Position numbers and translations under genes: made by a program
The notes under the pieces: generated by a model
What the model was told of the DNA's origin: nothing
The model's database searches: none
What the model saw: only the letters and a program-made list of their open reading frames with translations
Shown here: positions 61,715-64,000 of the stretch, one piece after another
How positions within the stretch are numbered: position 1 is the stretch's first letter
Layout of the letters: the number at the start of each line of letters is the position of its first letter
NCBI GenBank assembly: GCA_030704615.1
Contig: CM060732.1
Location: 32,426,001 to 32,490,000, forward strand
Source of the DNA: Takakia lepidozioides
Taxonomy: Eukaryota; Plantae; Bryophyta
Direction: 5' to 3'
Length of the DNA: 64,000 nt

Positions 61715-64000
61715 TTGATTAATTTGAACCACAAAGTAATATTGATCAAATATAGAATCTGCAAGAACATTATATCCAAAAATTTAGAATAACTTGTGTC
61801 ATAAAAAAAATTCAATTAGTACGAAACTCAAATAGAAATGTGCAACGGATTAAACTAGTTACTTGTTACATGCAAATACATGTAAAATAACAAAAAACTC
61901 AAACATATGTTATTATATTTGAAACTTGCTTTTGGTCTCCCATCCTTTTTGGTCGGAAGATATAACTAGATTTCATCTTTGCAAAAGTAGAAAATAGACT
62001 CTAGGAACATCAAACTTTGAAGTGTTTTTTGTGCAACATCCTTTTCATTGGCAATGTAACCAAAAAACAACCCCCACAATATTTGCAAATTCTAGTTCTC
62101 ACCGGTCTAGCTATCAACAAACTCATTTTTGGATTTCCACATATCTTCTTGCAACACAACGCAAATTCACAACTCCTTGTCGCGATGCTCTTCCTGCCCC
62201 GCACAAGAACACAACGTTTTTGGGTGGTTTACTTATAATAAGACATTCTTGCATGTTAGATTTCCCCTACACATATTGGATGTTCAATTGTATCCTTTTC
62301 CAATAGAAGTGTTATGTGATGATTCATAGATATGGGCATACGGTCACGGTTGCTTATGCTAGCATTGTGGCCAACCTTGCAAGTTGAAATCGTGGTACAA
62401 AAGACCTTAGATATTCAGATGGTATTACCTATGGGTGTTCTTGGTCCGGGAAGGAGTCAAGTGGGCATTTGGCGTGCACGTTTGATGGCCTCTCAACGAA
62501 TGCGACTGTAGGATAATGTCCACCCTGAGGCGTGAGGATTAGAGGATATGGAGCAGGCCATCGTGCATCTGCAGCAGAGGGTCTCCAGATTGGAGACCGA
62601 CATAAATCTTCAGAGATTAGTTGAGAAGGCAAGCCGCCGAATTTGCAAGTTGGCTTTTGAATATCCTCACCAGCGAGTTACTGAAGTCTATCATGTGTTG
62701 GCTTATGTCTACCTATATGTTCTGAGGGAAAATTAAAAGCATAGTTATTGATAACCTCACTTGTCAAGCTTTGGGGATACAGACAATGTGAATACGGTAG
62801 GATCTTCTTGTCAGACTACACTTGCATCAAGTACTAGTGAAGTCCCATGTGAGCGAGTTACGCTTTATCTTGACTATTTGTCCACCGTGTGCAGGATTGT
62901 AAATGGGGTGGAGGTGGGAGGGATGCGGATCAAAAGATTGTAAACGAGGTGGATGACACTTGCAATGTTGATTGAAGCCAAAATCCTCTCAATAAATTAT
63001 TCTCTGTAAACACCCAACATAGTGATATGAGAAATCAAGATTGTCATGAAGTCACCTTCCAGGTTTGTAAAAGTGGTGGAGGAGAAGGATTATCAAGAAA
63101 GTCTTCCCGAGAAGACACAATGCAAAAAAGGAAGTAGAAAAGGAGACGTAGAGGTGCTGCCAATCCGCACATCCCGAACGCGTCTACCAACTCGCACATC
63201 CCGAAATCTTCCTCTATTTCTGAGACTCCCCTCTTGAAAGGGAAGCACAAAAATGTCAATGTCACATCAATGTCATAGCATTTGGTTCTTCCCTGTAATA
63301 TCAACAAAGACGTGGTTGTGGTATTTTCAACCAAATGGCCCTAACAGATATCCAAACCTACTTCAACTGTAACATCCATAATATGAGATAACAATGTTCC
63401 CTCTAATCCAACATCTATCATTTCCTCAACAAACAAACAATACATCTTTCAAGCATCTGGATATCAGCCCTGAAGACTTAAACTCTGCTGGATGAATCTT
63501 AAGAGGCTGAAATATCTAATGTCTGTTGCCCCTATCCAATTCAAATAAATAAATAAAAATAGTTTTATATGAGGTCAATGAAGCGTTTACCCCCTGCCTT
63601 CTCACACATAGAATCCATGGCCCTTTCTATACATAACCTCAAAGTCGCGAAAAACTATTTCAGTTAGAGTGTGGGCTCACCACTATTCAAATATGACAAA
63701 TTTTTCACAAAGAATACTTTCTTGGGAGGATTTTGCTTCAATCGACGTTGCAAGTGTAACTCGCATATGACTTCAACAAGTTCAAGTTTTTAATATATCA
63801 AAAGTAAATTTCACATACGAGAAAATATCTGTGAGTTTTTTGTTATTTTACATGTATTTGCACATAACATGTAACTAGTTTAATTCATTTGAGTTTCCTA
63901 TTCATTGAGATTTTTTTATGACACAAGTTATTCCAAAGTTTTGGGTGTAATGTTCTTGTATATTCTTTGCATATACTTGATTTGTTAATTCAAACTAATC
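61715..64000. mobile_element. long-TIR (MULE-like) element; right TIR runs off the window
   Basis: ~61715-61925 is an inverted copy of ~63800-64000 (e.g. GAATAACTTGTGTCATAAAAAAA and GCAAATACATGTAAAATAACAAAAAACTCA). Degenerate coding-like interior. Confidence 0.75.

Noticed and set aside
1-64000. tRNA/rRNA genes, prokaryotic operons
   Set aside because: None recognised by eye; a tRNAscan/Rfam run would be needed to exclude small RNA genes.

Overview
Eukaryotic, transposon-dense nuclear DNA, most likely from a non-seed land plant. This is inferred from PLS-class PPR fragments, a type-D nsLTP with its diagnostic intron, an intron-containing ABCC/MRP remnant, CACTA elements and L1/Tx1-like LINEs. 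The only clearly intact host gene is a lipid-transfer protein (29952-30381, minus strand), lying antisense inside a decayed ABCC transporter pseudogene (26399-~32810). The rest is nested mobile DNA. There are three divergent LINEs, one with a twin-priming-type 5' inversion. A 5.08-kb element with 15-bp TIRs and an 8-bp TSD carries a PPR-derived 138-bp satellite with a 414-bp higher-order period. There are three CACTA-type elements, one with a SET-like ORF. A Ty3/gypsy pol ends in a PHD finger, and a gag-protease-dUTPase-like element lacks RT. Two copies of an RRM-like ORF family and several TIR/tandem-repeat elements complete the window. The most novel signal is shared by all three LINEs: a short peptide (acidic-D[IF]NW[RK]H[KL]K...L-x-[FY]) in the +1 frame straddling the ORF2 stop codon. 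It is conserved through synonymous codon changes, suggesting an undescribed frameshifted or spliced LINE product. All protein-family assignments are from motif recognition by eye; no searches were run.
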